Assembly (NCBI GenBank): GCA_038231275.1
Contig: JBBRLQ010000020.1
Span: 1 to 64,000 of the forward strand
DNA: 64,000 nt
Reading direction: 5' to 3'
Source: Polyangiales bacterium
Lineage (GTDB): Bacteria > Myxococcota_A > Polyangia > Polyangiales > Polyangiaceae
Part shown: positions 22,446 to 32,012 of the stretch, in pieces
Position numbering within the stretch: the stretch's first letter is position 1
Layout of the letters: the number at the start of each line of letters is the position of its first letter
The notes under the pieces: generated by a model
The model's database searches: none
What the model was told of the DNA's origin: nothing
The model's input: only the letters and a program-made list of their open reading frames with translations
Made by a program: the position numbers and the translations under genes

Positions 22446-22853
22446 GTGCGCAGGTGCCTCGTCGCTCTCGCCGTGCTGACCGTCCTCGCCAGCTGCTCCG
22501 CCGAGGCGGACCGCCCGCTCGTCATCGCCTCGCGCGCGTCATCCGACACGGCGCGATCGCGCGCGACGCAGGGCACCGAGCAGGACTGCACGCCGTTCGC
22601 GTGCGACGTTGGGACCGGCGCGTGCCGCAGCGCGTGCGCGTCGAGCGACGACTGCGCCGCGGGCTTCCTCTGCGCGGGCGGAGGGATCTGCCGTAGCGCG
22701 CCGCCGTCGCCGGTGTCGACCGGTTGCCGCATCCACCGCGCGCGAGGCACGGACGGCGCCGCGGCCGGTTCGGTCTTCGCACCGATCGTCGCGTGGCTCG
22801 GCGTTCGTCGACGCCGCCGTCGACACCGAACATCTGGCGGGGCCCGACGGTGA
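22446..22853 (+). CDS. Small Cys-rich exported protein with MYXO-CTERM-like tail
   Basis: Lipobox-like LASC; CTPFAC...C...C...DC..G..C module; TGC + hydrophobic stretch + RRRRRR. Confidence 0.6.
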   Translation: MRRCLVALAVLTVLASCSAEADRPLVIASRASSDTARSRATQGTEQDCTPFACDVGTGACRSACASSDDCAAGFLCAGGGICRSAPPSPVSTGCRIHRARGTDGAAAGSVFAPIVAWLGVRRRRRRHRTSGGARR

Positions 22854-24100
22854 GGTTCCCCGATCCTCAGAAGGTCGATCCGCTCGCCCTGCACATGCCG
22901 TCACGCCCACGCGCGGTCGTCGAAGCTGCCTTCGTGATCGCCTTCGTCTTGTCGGTTTCGCTCGCGAGCGGTCTCGTCATCGCCGCGGCGCTGATCGTGG
23001 TCGGCGTGGTGCTCGTCCGGCCGTGGAACGCCGTTCACGGCTCGCCTGCGCGCCGCGTGGTCACTGCGGTCCTGCTCGTTCCCGCGCTCGTCGTTCCCGT
23101 CCTCCTCGAGCGCGCCCACGACGTTTCAGGTCGGCGCATCGGAGTTCAGCTCGAACAGGCCTCGCTGCTCCCGAGCGATCCCGTGCGCGAGGGCGGCGTG
23201 GCGAAGATCGTCGCGGTGGTTCCCGGCTCGCCGGGCGCGGGCCGGCTCTTGGTGGGCGATCGCATCGTGGCCCTCGCAGGTCGACCGCTCGCCACCGCCG
23301 ATCCGGTAGCCGACGTGGTCGCGCGCGTAGGGACGGAGGACGTGCCCGTCGACACCTCCGTCGACGTTCTTCGCGGCGGCGCGCTCGTGTCGGTTCCCCT
23401 CCACGTTCCGTGGCCGAAATCGCGGAGCGCCGCGTCCGGAGCGAAGGCGATTCAGGCGTTCGTCGGCGCGCACATCTTCGCGTCACTCGCGATTCGCGGA
23501 ATTTGCGTCATCGCGCTCGTGATCCTCCTGGCACGCGCGGACGGGCAACGCGTTCGGCAGCTCGGCCTCCTCCGCGCGGGCGCGCTGCGCGAAATCGCGA
23601 TGGGCCTCCCCGCGATGTTCGGCGCGTTCGGCGCGAACCTCATCGTCGCGATCCCGATTGGGCTCGTCAGCCTCGTGGCCGGCGACGCGCTCCAGCGCGA
23701 CATGAACAGCCGCGCCGAAGGCCTCAGCGTCCTCACCGCGCAGGGCACGGGCATGGGCGCCTTCTTCACGTTCGCGATCACCGCGGTCTTCGCGGCCGCG
23801 TTCGAGGAGCTCGTCTTTCGCGGTTTCTTGGTTCCTCGGCTGCGAAGCGTGACGGGCTCATGGGTCGCCGCCGTCGTGCTCGCCAACGTGGCCTTTGCGT
23901 CCGGGCACCTCTACGAGGGTGTGGCGGCCCTCTTCCAGACGTTCGCCATCGGCGTGTACTTCTCGCTCCTCCTCTTGTGGCGAGGGCGCCTCGAATCCGC
24001 CATTTTCGGACACGCGTCGTTCAACATCGCGATGTTCGCCGTCATCACGGCGCTCGAAAAATCCGGAGCGCTCGAGGCCCTTCGGCACGCCAAGCCCTGA
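22850..24100 (+). CDS. CPBP (Abi/CAAX protease II) intramembrane glutamic endopeptidase with PDZ domain
   Basis: EELVFRG, FASGH, GHASFN motifs; PDZ-like VVPGSPG...GDRIVAL; GTG overlaps the upstream stop. Confidence 0.85.
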   Translation: MRFPDPQKVDPLALHMPSRPRAVVEAAFVIAFVLSVSLASGLVIAAALIVVGVVLVRPWNAVHGSPARRVVTAVLLVPALVVPVLLERAHDVSGRRIGVQLEQASLLPSDPVREGGVAKIVAVVPGSPGAGRLLVGDRIVALAGRPLATADPVADVVARVGTEDVPVDTSVDVLRGGALVSVPLHVPWPKSRSAASGAKAIQAFVGAHIFASLAIRGICVIALVILLARADGQRVRQLGLLRAGALREIAMGLPAMFGAFGANLIVAIPIGLVSLVAGDALQRDMNSRAEGLSVLTAQGTGMGAFFTFAITAVFAAAFEELVFRGFLVPRLRSVTGSWVAAVVLANVAFASGHLYEGVAALFQTFAIGVYFSLLLLWRGRLESAIFGHASFNIAMFAVITALEKSGALEALRHAKP

Positions 24101-24101
24101 C

Positions 24102-24899
24102 TCACCACTGGTACCAGCGCGTCGACGCGTAGACCGCGATCTGCGGCGCCCCGTCGAAGAGCTGACCGAACGCCGCTTGAACGTCGGGGTTCCCGTAGAA
24201 CGCGGCGATGTTGATCGACGCGGGCCACACATCGATCGCGAGAAATTGCAGGCGATCGTCGCGCCCGGTGTAGACGACGTGCGCGACGTCGCCAGCCCCT
24301 TGCGCCTTCGGAGCCGCCTGCGCCGCGATGCCGTCGTGCGTCGCCTTGTCCGCGGCGAGATCCGCGAACTTCATCTTTCCGCGCACGATGACCCAGTAGT
24401 GCGGGTCCGTCGCCTTCGCCTCGTCGGGCGTTCCGTACCCGGACCACGTAGGCTGCGCGACAAAGACGGTCACCGCCGGCCGCTGGGCGAAGATGCCGGC
24501 GAACGCGGCTTGCAAATCGGGGTTCGCGTAGAACGTGTCGATGTGCGCGCCGTCGCTCCACCGATCGAGCGCGAGGAACTGGTTGGGCGTCGTCCCGAGC
24601 AGCGAGGTGCCCAGCATTACCGTGTGCGCGACGTCGCCGAGCTGGGTCGCCGCCACCTCTCCCCCCTTCGCCGCCTGATCTTGCTTTGCCTGTGCCGTCG
24701 CGAGATCTGCGTCCGCGAGTGTCCCGACGATGAGCACGGCGGAGGGCGTGGGTGCGGACGCGGGCGCGCCGGCATCGACGGTTCCCGTGTCGGGAGACGC
24801 GTCGGCGGCACCGATTGGGCCATTGGCGCCGGAGCCCGAGGACGACGAGCACGCGGCCGAGATCACGACGAAGAACGGGACGAAAGAGCGAATTTGCAT
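24102..24899 (-). CDS. Hypothetical lipoprotein with tandem duplicated (ABM/Dabb-like) domain
   Basis: Lipobox SAAC; two copies of GDVAH..QFLA.D.W...FY.NPD.QAAF. Confidence 0.75.
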   Translation of the reverse strand: MQIRSFVPFFVVISAACSSSSGSGANGPIGAADASPDTGTVDAGAPASAPTPSAVLIVGTLADADLATAQAKQDQAAKGGEVAATQLGDVAHTVMLGTSLLGTTPNQFLALDRWSDGAHIDTFYANPDLQAAFAGIFAQRPAVTVFVAQPTWSGYGTPDEAKATDPHYWVIVRGKMKFADLAADKATHDGIAAQAAPKAQGAGDVAHVVYTGRDDRLQFLAIDVWPASINIAAFYGNPDVQAAFGQLFDGAPQIAVYASTRWYQW

Positions 24900-24953
24900 G
24901 ACAACCTCCGCGTCACAACCTGCGCGACGGCGGGGCTCCGCGAAGCCCCTGGG

Positions 24954-24981
24954 CGTCCCGGCGATCCGTCGAATCGTCCCG
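24954..24981. promoter_or_regulatory. Candidate AraC operator (21-bp-spaced direct repeat)
   Basis: CGTCCCG at 24954 and 24975, between divergent lipoprotein and AraC genes. Confidence 0.5.
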
Positions 24982-25021
24982 ACCGCGGCCTCCCCCTGCC
25001 GGGGCGCGCTATTCTGAACGC

Positions 25022-25945
25022 ATGAACGAGGAGCTCGGACAGGTCCTCCGCTCGCTGCGCCTGGCGAGCGCATTTCTCTCCCGCTCGCACTTTCGCGGCC
25101 GCTGGGGCGTCATCGGCGCGGCGAGCGTCGGGAAGATGATCTTCCACGGGGTCGCCGCCGGCGAGTGCTTCGTCCGGCTCGAGGGAGCGCGCGAGGTCAC
25201 GCGCCTCGGCCCCGGCGACGTCGTCGTCTTTCCGCGTGGCTGCGAGCACCGCCTCACCAGCGCGCCCGACGCCGACGTGATGCGCGTTACGCAGGTTCCC
25301 ATGCGGCGCGAGAACGATCTGCCGCTCTTCCACCTCGGCGCGGCGGGGGACGAGGTCCGGCTCGTCTGCGGAACCTTCCGGCTCGATCACCCCGCGCACG
25401 CGTCGGTCGTCGAGCTCTTGCCGCGCGTGCTCCTCGGCCAGCCTCGCACTGACGCACGCAAGCGCTGGTCGAGCGCGACGGTGGGCCTCATCGAAGAGTC
25501 GCTCGGCGAGCGCGCGCCCACGAGCGAGACCACGAGCCTCGCCGATTCGCTGTTCGTCAGCGCCCTCGTAGAATCGGCGCAGGCGTCCTCCGGACCGTCC
25601 GGCCTCCTCGCCGCCGTGCGCGACGAGCGGATCGGGCGCGCCCTCGCGCTGATCCACGCGGAGCCCTCGGGGGATTGGACCTCGACGAACCTCGCGGCCA
25701 AGGTCGGGATGTCGCGCACGCGCTTCTTCGCGGCGTTCACGAGCCTGGTCGGCGAGCCTCCGGCCAAGTACGTCACGCGCTGGCGCGCCCTCGTCGCGGC
25801 CGATCTCCTGCGCGAGCGCTCGCTCAGCACGAACGAGGTCGCCGAGCGCGTCGGCTATTGCGACGAGGACGCGCTCGCGAAGGCGTTCAAGCGCACGATG
25901 GGGATGAGCCCGACCGAGTACCGACGTTTGCAGACCGCGAACTGA
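25022..25945 (+). CDS. AraC family regulator with cupin domain (RclR-like)
   Basis: FHGV..GEC, GDVVVFPRG..H, LVCG; C-terminal LAAKVGMSR..F...VGEPP.KY..RWR HTH pair. Confidence 0.9.
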   Translation: MNEELGQVLRSLRLASAFLSRSHFRGRWGVIGAASVGKMIFHGVAAGECFVRLEGAREVTRLGPGDVVVFPRGCEHRLTSAPDADVMRVTQVPMRRENDLPLFHLGAAGDEVRLVCGTFRLDHPAHASVVELLPRVLLGQPRTDARKRWSSATVGLIEESLGERAPTSETTSLADSLFVSALVESAQASSGPSGLLAAVRDERIGRALALIHAEPSGDWTSTNLAAKVGMSRTRFFAAFTSLVGEPPAKYVTRWRALVAADLLRERSLSTNEVAERVGYCDEDALAKAFKRTMGMSPTEYRRLQTAN

Positions 25946-26043
25946 GGAGAGTCGGAACGGCCAACGCTTCCCGTATCGTTGCCGGCCCGCGCGGAGGTAT
26001 GGTGGCCCATGCGCCCGTCGGAGACGGCGTAGGGGGTTGAGTC

Positions 26044-26964
26044 ATGGCCAGTTCGGCGTTCGCAGGGAAAATTGCGGTGATCACGGGTGGCGCGTCCGGC
26101 ATCGGAGCGGCGCTCGCGAAGGGGCTCGCGCGGCAGGGCGCCGAGGTGGTCCTCGCGGATCGGCAGCTCGCGCTCGCGGAGGAAGTCGCCGAGACGATCC
26201 GCCGATCGGGCGGCCGTGCATCGGCATACGAGCTCGACGTGCGCGACATGGCAGCGTTCGCCCGGCTCGCCGCGGAGACCGAGTCGCGCTGCGGGGGCGT
26301 CGACTACCTGTTCAACAACGCCGGCCTCGGCGTCGGCGGCGAGATCCACACGTACTCGCCCCGCGACTGGGACGACGTCTTCGACGTCAACCTCCGCGGC
26401 GTCGCGTACGGTGTTCAAGCGGTCTACCCCATGATGCTCCGCCGCGGCACCGGTCACATCGTGAACACCGCGTCGATGGCCGGTCTCGTCGGCGCCGTGG
26501 GCGCCGGCAGCTACGTCGCGGCGAAGCACGCCGTCGTCGGGCTCTCGAAGGTCCTGCGCATCGAGGCCAAGACGCACGGCGTGCGCGTCTCGGTCGTGTG
26601 TCCCGGCGCGATCGCGACGCCCATCCTCACCGGTGGCAAGTTCGGTCGCATGAACAACGTCGGCCTCTCCGACGCGAAGATCCTCGAGATTTGGTCGCGG
26701 ACGCGCCCGATGGATGTGGACGTCTTCGCGGAGAAGGTGCTCCGGGCCGTCGCGCGAAACGAAGCGATCATCGTGGTGCCCGCATGGTGGAAGGCCATCT
26801 GGTACCTGGAGCGCCTGTCCCCAGCGCTGAGCGCGAAGATCTGGGGCGCCCTCCTCGAGAAGATCCGGGCCGACATGGTCGCCGCGGGCGTCGACGTCCA
26901 GCCGGGCGCTGCGCCACGAGCCACGCCGGCCGCGACGAAGGACGAGCACGCCGCGCGCGTGTGA
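26044..26964 (+). CDS. Short-chain dehydrogenase/reductase
   Basis: TGGASGIG, NNAG, NTAS, YVAAK. Confidence 0.93.
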   Translation: MASSAFAGKIAVITGGASGIGAALAKGLARQGAEVVLADRQLALAEEVAETIRRSGGRASAYELDVRDMAAFARLAAETESRCGGVDYLFNNAGLGVGGEIHTYSPRDWDDVFDVNLRGVAYGVQAVYPMMLRRGTGHIVNTASMAGLVGAVGAGSYVAAKHAVVGLSKVLRIEAKTHGVRVSVVCPGAIATPILTGGKFGRMNNVGLSDAKILEIWSRTRPMDVDVFAEKVLRAVARNEAIIVVPAWWKAIWYLERLSPALSAKIWGALLEKIRADMVAAGVDVQPGAAPRATPAATKDEHAARV

Positions 26965-26989
26965 TCGATTCGAGCGGAGGTCGGTTGCT

Positions 26990-27946
26990 CTAGGGCCGCG
27001 GATCGGACGGACGAGGGGGGCACTGCCACTGCCAAGGGCCGCGCTCGAGCTCGTCGTCGTCGCTGCTCTTTGGCTCGAGCGTGCAGCCCGCGTCGTTGCT
27101 CCCGTGCCACTTGCGCTCGGCGTCGGCCGGATCCGCCTTCCCGCGGCTCCCGTCCTCGGCGACGTGAATGACGTCGAACGAGGGGCCGCTCCAGCCGTAG
27201 ACGCCGAACGACAGCGCGAAGCGGCCGCACCATCGGCACGCGCACGACGTTTGCTGACGCGGCCACTCGTCGCCCGCGGCCGCCACTTCGAGCAGCGTCG
27301 CCCCGTGCGTCTCGTCGTCGGGCCAGCCTCGCCACACGCGACCATGGCCCTTCACGAGCCACTCCTGCCCGGACTGCAAATCGCGAACGCGCATTCCGGC
27401 CGTCGTGAGCCACGCGACGCGCTTGCCCTTCGGTGAGAACGCCGCCATCCGCGGCGCGAGGCATCGGTTCTGATCGACGGACGCGAGCGCGCCCGTGAGC
27501 GCGTCGAAGCCACCTGAGCGCGCGTCGGCGAGGAGGACCGCGCCGCCGTCGACGATCAAGAGCCAGCGACGTGACGGATCGACGTCGATGAGATCGTCGA
27601 CGAGGCGCTCGGTCCCTTTCACTCCGTCGTGCACGGTGAGGCGCGTGGGCGTGGCGCTCTCGCCGTGGTGGCCAAAGCGGGGTCGCGCGTCGCCCTCGAA
27701 CGTTCGCAGCACGACGAGCCGGCCGTCGGCGCTGGAGGCCTCCGCGAAGCCCCAGCGCTCACCTCCGAACGCGGCTCCGCGCGGAGCCAGAGGGACCGGC
27801 GGCGGTGCAGGCTGCGCGACCACGGTCGGCGCGGGCACGGGCACCGAGGCCTTCACGCGAGGCGCGCGCGACGTCGCGGGCGCCGCCGCACACGCAACGA
27901 GCCCGACGACCATGAACGAGAGGGACACATGAGCCAGCGACGTCAT
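26990..27946 (-). CDS. Hypothetical lipoprotein
   Basis: Lipobox LVAC, Pro-rich linker, beta-rich body with CACRWC motif. Confidence 0.65.
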   Translation of the reverse strand: MTSLAHVSLSFMVVGLVACAAAPATSRAPRVKASVPVPAPTVVAQPAPPPVPLAPRGAAFGGERWGFAEASSADGRLVVLRTFEGDARPRFGHHGESATPTRLTVHDGVKGTERLVDDLIDVDPSRRWLLIVDGGAVLLADARSGGFDALTGALASVDQNRCLAPRMAAFSPKGKRVAWLTTAGMRVRDLQSGQEWLVKGHGRVWRGWPDDETHGATLLEVAAAGDEWPRQQTSCACRWCGRFALSFGVYGWSGPSFDVIHVAEDGSRGKADPADAERKWHGSNDAGCTLEPKSSDDDELERGPWQWQCPPRPSDPRP

Positions 27947-28097
27947 TGCGATCGATCTCCGCCATGGATCGAGCGTCGTTCGACCGGTTGGGGCAACGAC
28001 GTTCGCGAGTACCGAAGACTAGACCCTCCGGACACCAAAGTTCTTGGCACCCTGTGCGCGCGACTTGAGGAGGCCGCCGTGCCATCATCGTTCGCGG

Positions 28098-30350
28098 ATG
28101 CAGCACCTGGCCGAGACCACCGTGCTTCACCTCCTGCGCGGCGCGCTGGCGGCGCCCGAACGCGCGCGGGTCGACGTTCACATCGACGAGTGCTCCGAGT
28201 GCCGCGAGCTGGTCTCCGCGCTCGCCGCGTCGCGTGACACACTCGGCGGCACGTTCGAGTCGGTGCCGTCGCAGTCGCCGCCCGGTCCCGCGTGGCAAAA
28301 GGGGACCGTCCTCGGAAGCCGTTTCGAGATCGAGGAGCGATGCGGACAGGGCGGAATGGGGACGCTCTTCCGCGGACGTGACATGCGCACGGGCGCAGGC
28401 GTCGCGATCAAAGCGCTGTTCCTGTTGAGCGATCAGGCCGATTTCAAGCGCTTCGAGCGCGAGGCGGACATCCTGGCCTCGCTCGATCACCCGGCGATCG
28501 TGCGTTATGTCGCGCACGGGACGACGTCCCACGGCGACGCGTACCTCGTCATGGAGTGGCTCGCGGGCGAAGACCTCGCGGGGCGCCTCGCGCGCGGGCC
28601 GATCCCGGTACCGGAGGTCTTGCGGCTGACCAAGCGGATCGCGCAGGGCCTGTGGCTTGCCCACGCCCGCGGCATCGTCCACCGCGACGTGAAGCCGAGC
28701 AACGTCATGCTGCCGGGCGGCAGCGTCGAGGTCGCCAAGCTCGTCGACTTCGGCATCGCGCGCGCCACGACGCCGGCGCAAAGCGCGACGACGCGCACGC
28801 AGAAGGGCATGCTCCTCGGCACGCCGAGCTACATGGCGCCGGAGCAAGCGCGCGGCCGGGCCCTCGACGCGCGCGCGGACGTCTTCGCGCTCGGTTGCGT
28901 CCTCTACGAGTGCCTCACGGGCCAGCGGGCCTTCCGCGGAGAGGACGTGCTGGAGGTGCTCGCGCGCGTGCTCCTCGACGCGCCGGTGCCACCGAGCCAT
29001 TTGACCCCGAGCGTGCCGCCCGCGCTCGACGCGCTCGTCCTAGGCATGCTCGAAAAGGATCCGGCGAACCGCGTGGCGACATGCCGCGAGATCATCGCCG
29101 CGATTCAGCCGTTGCTCGGCGAAGGCGCGACCTCCGTGACACCGACGCCTCCACCGCCAGAGATCCGGCCGAGCGCGCGTCCCAGCGCCGCACGCAGCCA
29201 ACCCCCTCGGACCCCGAGGCCCGCGCCGCGCATCGCCGTCGTCGCCGTCATCGCGAGCGTCACAGCGATTCTCGGAGTGATCGCTCTGTCGACCGTGCTC
29301 TGGCGAAGCCGCGCCGCGCCGTCGAACGCTAGCGCCGCGGACGACCCCGGGTCTTCGCAGGCGCGCACGCGGACCGATCCTTCGAGCAGCGCGCTGAACA
29401 TCGCGTCGCTGGCGACGTTGTCCCTCGCGCGGACCCCGGAGTCGATGGCCGCTGTCACCGGGCACTCGGCGACCAAGGACACCGTCGGCGAGCTCACGAT
29501 GACCGTCCCGTTGGCCGGCGATTCCTTCACCCGCTTGAAGCTCACGTGGGACCCGTCGGACCCGACGCACGTGGCGGAGGTCGAGCTCTCCAGCGACGCC
29601 GCTCCGCCTCACGACGCCGCGATCCGCCAGAAGCTCACCCGTCTCCTCGGCCGCCGCTTCGACAAGGACGGCCACATGAGCTGGAACGGCGCGACCTTCG
29701 TGTACGACGGCACGCGCGCGCGCGGGGACGCCGATCGAACGATCCAAGGCGCGCCTAACCCGAGCTGGAAGGCCCAGGTCGACGCGACGTGGAACCTCTT
29801 GCGCGGCGTCGTCCTGGAGCTCCCGGTCGACGTCACGGAGGCCGAGCAGCGTGATTGGCTCGGGCGCGGCTACTCGCTCGCGGCGATCGCGGGGATCGAC
29901 GCGGCCGCGGACACCGATCACGCCGAGGCCATGACGCGACGGACCCTCCCGGGAGTCGCCGTGCGGACCGTCGTCGGCGTGGAGCACACGTTCGCGGTCG
30001 ATCATCCGTGGTACGGCGCCGCGACGCTTACGTGGAAGAACGAGAAGGGGGGCGCCCTGCAAGAGCTCTCGCTTCGCCCGCCTCCCGACACCGACGGCAA
30101 CTTCCACGATCCGGTGGCGATCGAGGCGTGCGTACAAGCCCTGGTCGAGGTCGCGCCGCGCGAAGGCGCCGGCCGTCGCACCGACCCGAACCACGACACG
30201 TGGTGGTGGCCCGCCCAAGGTGGCACCGTCCGCGCCTACCGCCACATGCTCGTCGTCTCGCTCGTGAGCCCTTTCGTTCCCAAGAAAATGGCACCGCACG
30301 ACTTCGCGCGCCTCGTCCGCGCCCTCGACACGTGCGGCCGCAAGACGTGA
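28098..30350 (+). CDS. Membrane Ser/Thr kinase with N-terminal zf-HC2 zinc finger
   Basis: HIDECSEC; GQGGMG, VAIK, HRDVKPSN, DFG, GTPSYMAPE; TM helix, then an unknown extracytoplasmic domain. Confidence 0.9.
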   Translation: MQHLAETTVLHLLRGALAAPERARVDVHIDECSECRELVSALAASRDTLGGTFESVPSQSPPGPAWQKGTVLGSRFEIEERCGQGGMGTLFRGRDMRTGAGVAIKALFLLSDQADFKRFEREADILASLDHPAIVRYVAHGTTSHGDAYLVMEWLAGEDLAGRLARGPIPVPEVLRLTKRIAQGLWLAHARGIVHRDVKPSNVMLPGGSVEVAKLVDFGIARATTPAQSATTRTQKGMLLGTPSYMAPEQARGRALDARADVFALGCVLYECLTGQRAFRGEDVLEVLARVLLDAPVPPSHLTPSVPPALDALVLGMLEKDPANRVATCREIIAAIQPLLGEGATSVTPTPPPPEIRPSARPSAARSQPPRTPRPAPRIAVVAVIASVTAILGVIALSTVLWRSRAAPSNASAADDPGSSQARTRTDPSSSALNIASLATLSLARTPESMAAVTGHSATKDTVGELTMTVPLAGDSFTRLKLTWDPSDPTHVAEVELSSDAAPPHDAAIRQKLTRLLGRRFDKDGHMSWNGATFVYDGTRARGDADRTIQGAPNPSWKAQVDATWNLLRGVVLELPVDVTEAEQRDWLGRGYSLAAIAGIDAAADTDHAEAMTRRTLPGVAVRTVVGVEHTFAVDHPWYGAATLTWKNEKGGALQELSLRPPPDTDGNFHDPVAIEACVQALVEVAPREGAGRRTDPNHDTWWWPAQGGTVRAYRHMLVVSLVSPFVPKKMAPHDFARLVRALDTCGRKT

Positions 30351-30402
30351 TCGCGCGGGGATCTGCGGCACATTCGAGGGTCGATGCGCGTACACTTGGA
30401 TC

Positions 30403-31530
30403 GTGGGTGCATGGCTACGACCGGCCGCGTGGGCGGCGCTGACCGCAGCGTTGAGCGGCTGCGCGGCTTCGCCGGGACCAGGTGCATCACGCGCAGCCGT
30501 CGCAGGTCCGCGGAATCCCGCTCCGTCGGCCGCGCCCGCACTCCTTCGCGCGGGCACGTCGCCGTTCGTCCACGTCCAAGTCGAGGCGCACGGCCCGCCG
30601 CGGGCGCCGGCTCCGCGTGAAGAGCCCAAAGAGACGCCGGTCACGCCTCGGCCGGAGGCGCCGCTCGATCTCCGCGCCGATCCGCAGGGCAGCGTCGACG
30701 GCGGCGGCAGGAGTCTCCACAAGAACGTCTTCGGCGGCTCGGTGTTCGACGTCGCCACGTTCCAGCTCGGCGCCGAGATCATCCTCGTCCTTCCCGCAGC
30801 CGCGACGGTCGCGTACGGCGCACCGAAGGGTCAGGCGTTGATCTACTCCGAGAAATCCCTCGCGTTCATGGGACATCCGCCCGAGGGCATGCCGGCCGCG
30901 GGCGTGCGCCAAAACATTGGCTGCGCGTCGCGCTCGGTCACTGGCAAGCTCGTCGTCGGAACCTACGGCGAATGGGGCTCGATCGAGGGCGGCGCGCACA
31001 TGGCGCTCTTCGTGCTCGTCCCGCCGAGCACGCGCGTCGTCACGCGCGCGGGGCTCGAAGGGGAGTCGAGCGAGGCGGGCACGTGGCCCGACGGGGCACC
31101 GGTCGCGGCGAGCGAGGCCGGCCGCATCGGCTACTGGTATGCGGCGACGCGCCCAGCGCCCGGGTGGAAGGCGATCGCGAGCCGCCCCGATCCTTCGCGC
31201 ACCGCGCGTCGCTCCGGCGCAACGGCGCCCGCACGCGAGTCAGCTTCGACGACGCCGCCGCTCGACGATCACGAGCACGCCATCGAGGACTTCGTGACGT
31301 CGCACGCCGCCGAGCTCGCCGTCTGCGCCGAAGCGCGCCCCAACCTCCGGGCCGCGGTGATGACGTGGCGCGTGGTCGCGGGTGGCCTCGCCGAAGCCGT
31401 AAGCGTGTCTCCGATGGCCGCCAACGCGCGCGCGTTCGAGGAGTGCCTCGTCCGCAGCGTGCAGGCGTGGAAGTTCCCGGCGTCACCACCCCCCGTCGCC
31501 GTACGCGCCTCGTTCGTGTTCGACGAGTGA
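30403..31530 (+). CDS. Lipoprotein with C-terminal TonB-C/AgmX-PglI-like domain
   Basis: Lipobox LSGC; C-terminal ELAVC...WRVVAGG...CLVRSVQAWKFP...VRASFVF. Confidence 0.6.
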   Translation: MGAWLRPAAWAALTAALSGCAASPGPGASRAAVAGPRNPAPSAAPALLRAGTSPFVHVQVEAHGPPRAPAPREEPKETPVTPRPEAPLDLRADPQGSVDGGGRSLHKNVFGGSVFDVATFQLGAEIILVLPAAATVAYGAPKGQALIYSEKSLAFMGHPPEGMPAAGVRQNIGCASRSVTGKLVVGTYGEWGSIEGGAHMALFVLVPPSTRVVTRAGLEGESSEAGTWPDGAPVAASEAGRIGYWYAATRPAPGWKAIASRPDPSRTARRSGATAPARESASTTPPLDDHEHAIEDFVTSHAAELAVCAEARPNLRAAVMTWRVVAGGLAEAVSVSPMAANARAFEECLVRSVQAWKFPASPPPVAVRASFVFDE

Positions 31531-31538
31531 CCCGCGAC

Positions 31539-32012
31539 CTAGAGCCGCGGCGCGTCGCCCGTCAACCGCAGGACGCGCGCGGGGACTCCCGATGCCACCC
31601 CGCCGCAGTACGCCGTGAGGCTGCCCTGCACTCGCGGGTTACCGTCGCGACGCGCGAGCGATAGCGCGAGGGAGACCGGTTTGTCGCCGCACGCGCCGCC
31701 GCTCGCCGGGAGCGCCGCGAATTTCGCCGTGTACACCTCCCAGCTCGTCGACTCTGCGAACGTCTCGGTGCGGCCCTTCGCGGTGAGCGGCTTCGCCGGA
31801 TCGAAGAGCGCGTACCCGTCTTGCCAGCCCGCGAGGGTGACATCGAGCCCTTGGTCGGACGGCGAGAGGGTCACGTCGACGGCACCGCGGATGTCGACCG
31901 CCAGCGTGCCCTGGTAGGTGGGCCGAACGGGGTTCGTCGTCGCGCTGTCCGCGCACGCAAACGCGACGAGCGGCGCGAGGAGGAGGAGAAGCGGCAGGCG
32001 CGCACGCGTCAT
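31539..32012 (-). CDS. Hypothetical lipoprotein
   Basis: Lipobox AFAC; ATGA overlap with the upstream gene. Confidence 0.7.
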   Translation of the reverse strand: MTRARLPLLLLLAPLVAFACADSATTNPVRPTYQGTLAVDIRGAVDVTLSPSDQGLDVTLAGWQDGYALFDPAKPLTAKGRTETFAESTSWEVYTAKFAALPASGGACGDKPVSLALSLARRDGNPRVQGSLTAYCGGVASGVPARVLRLTGDAPRL

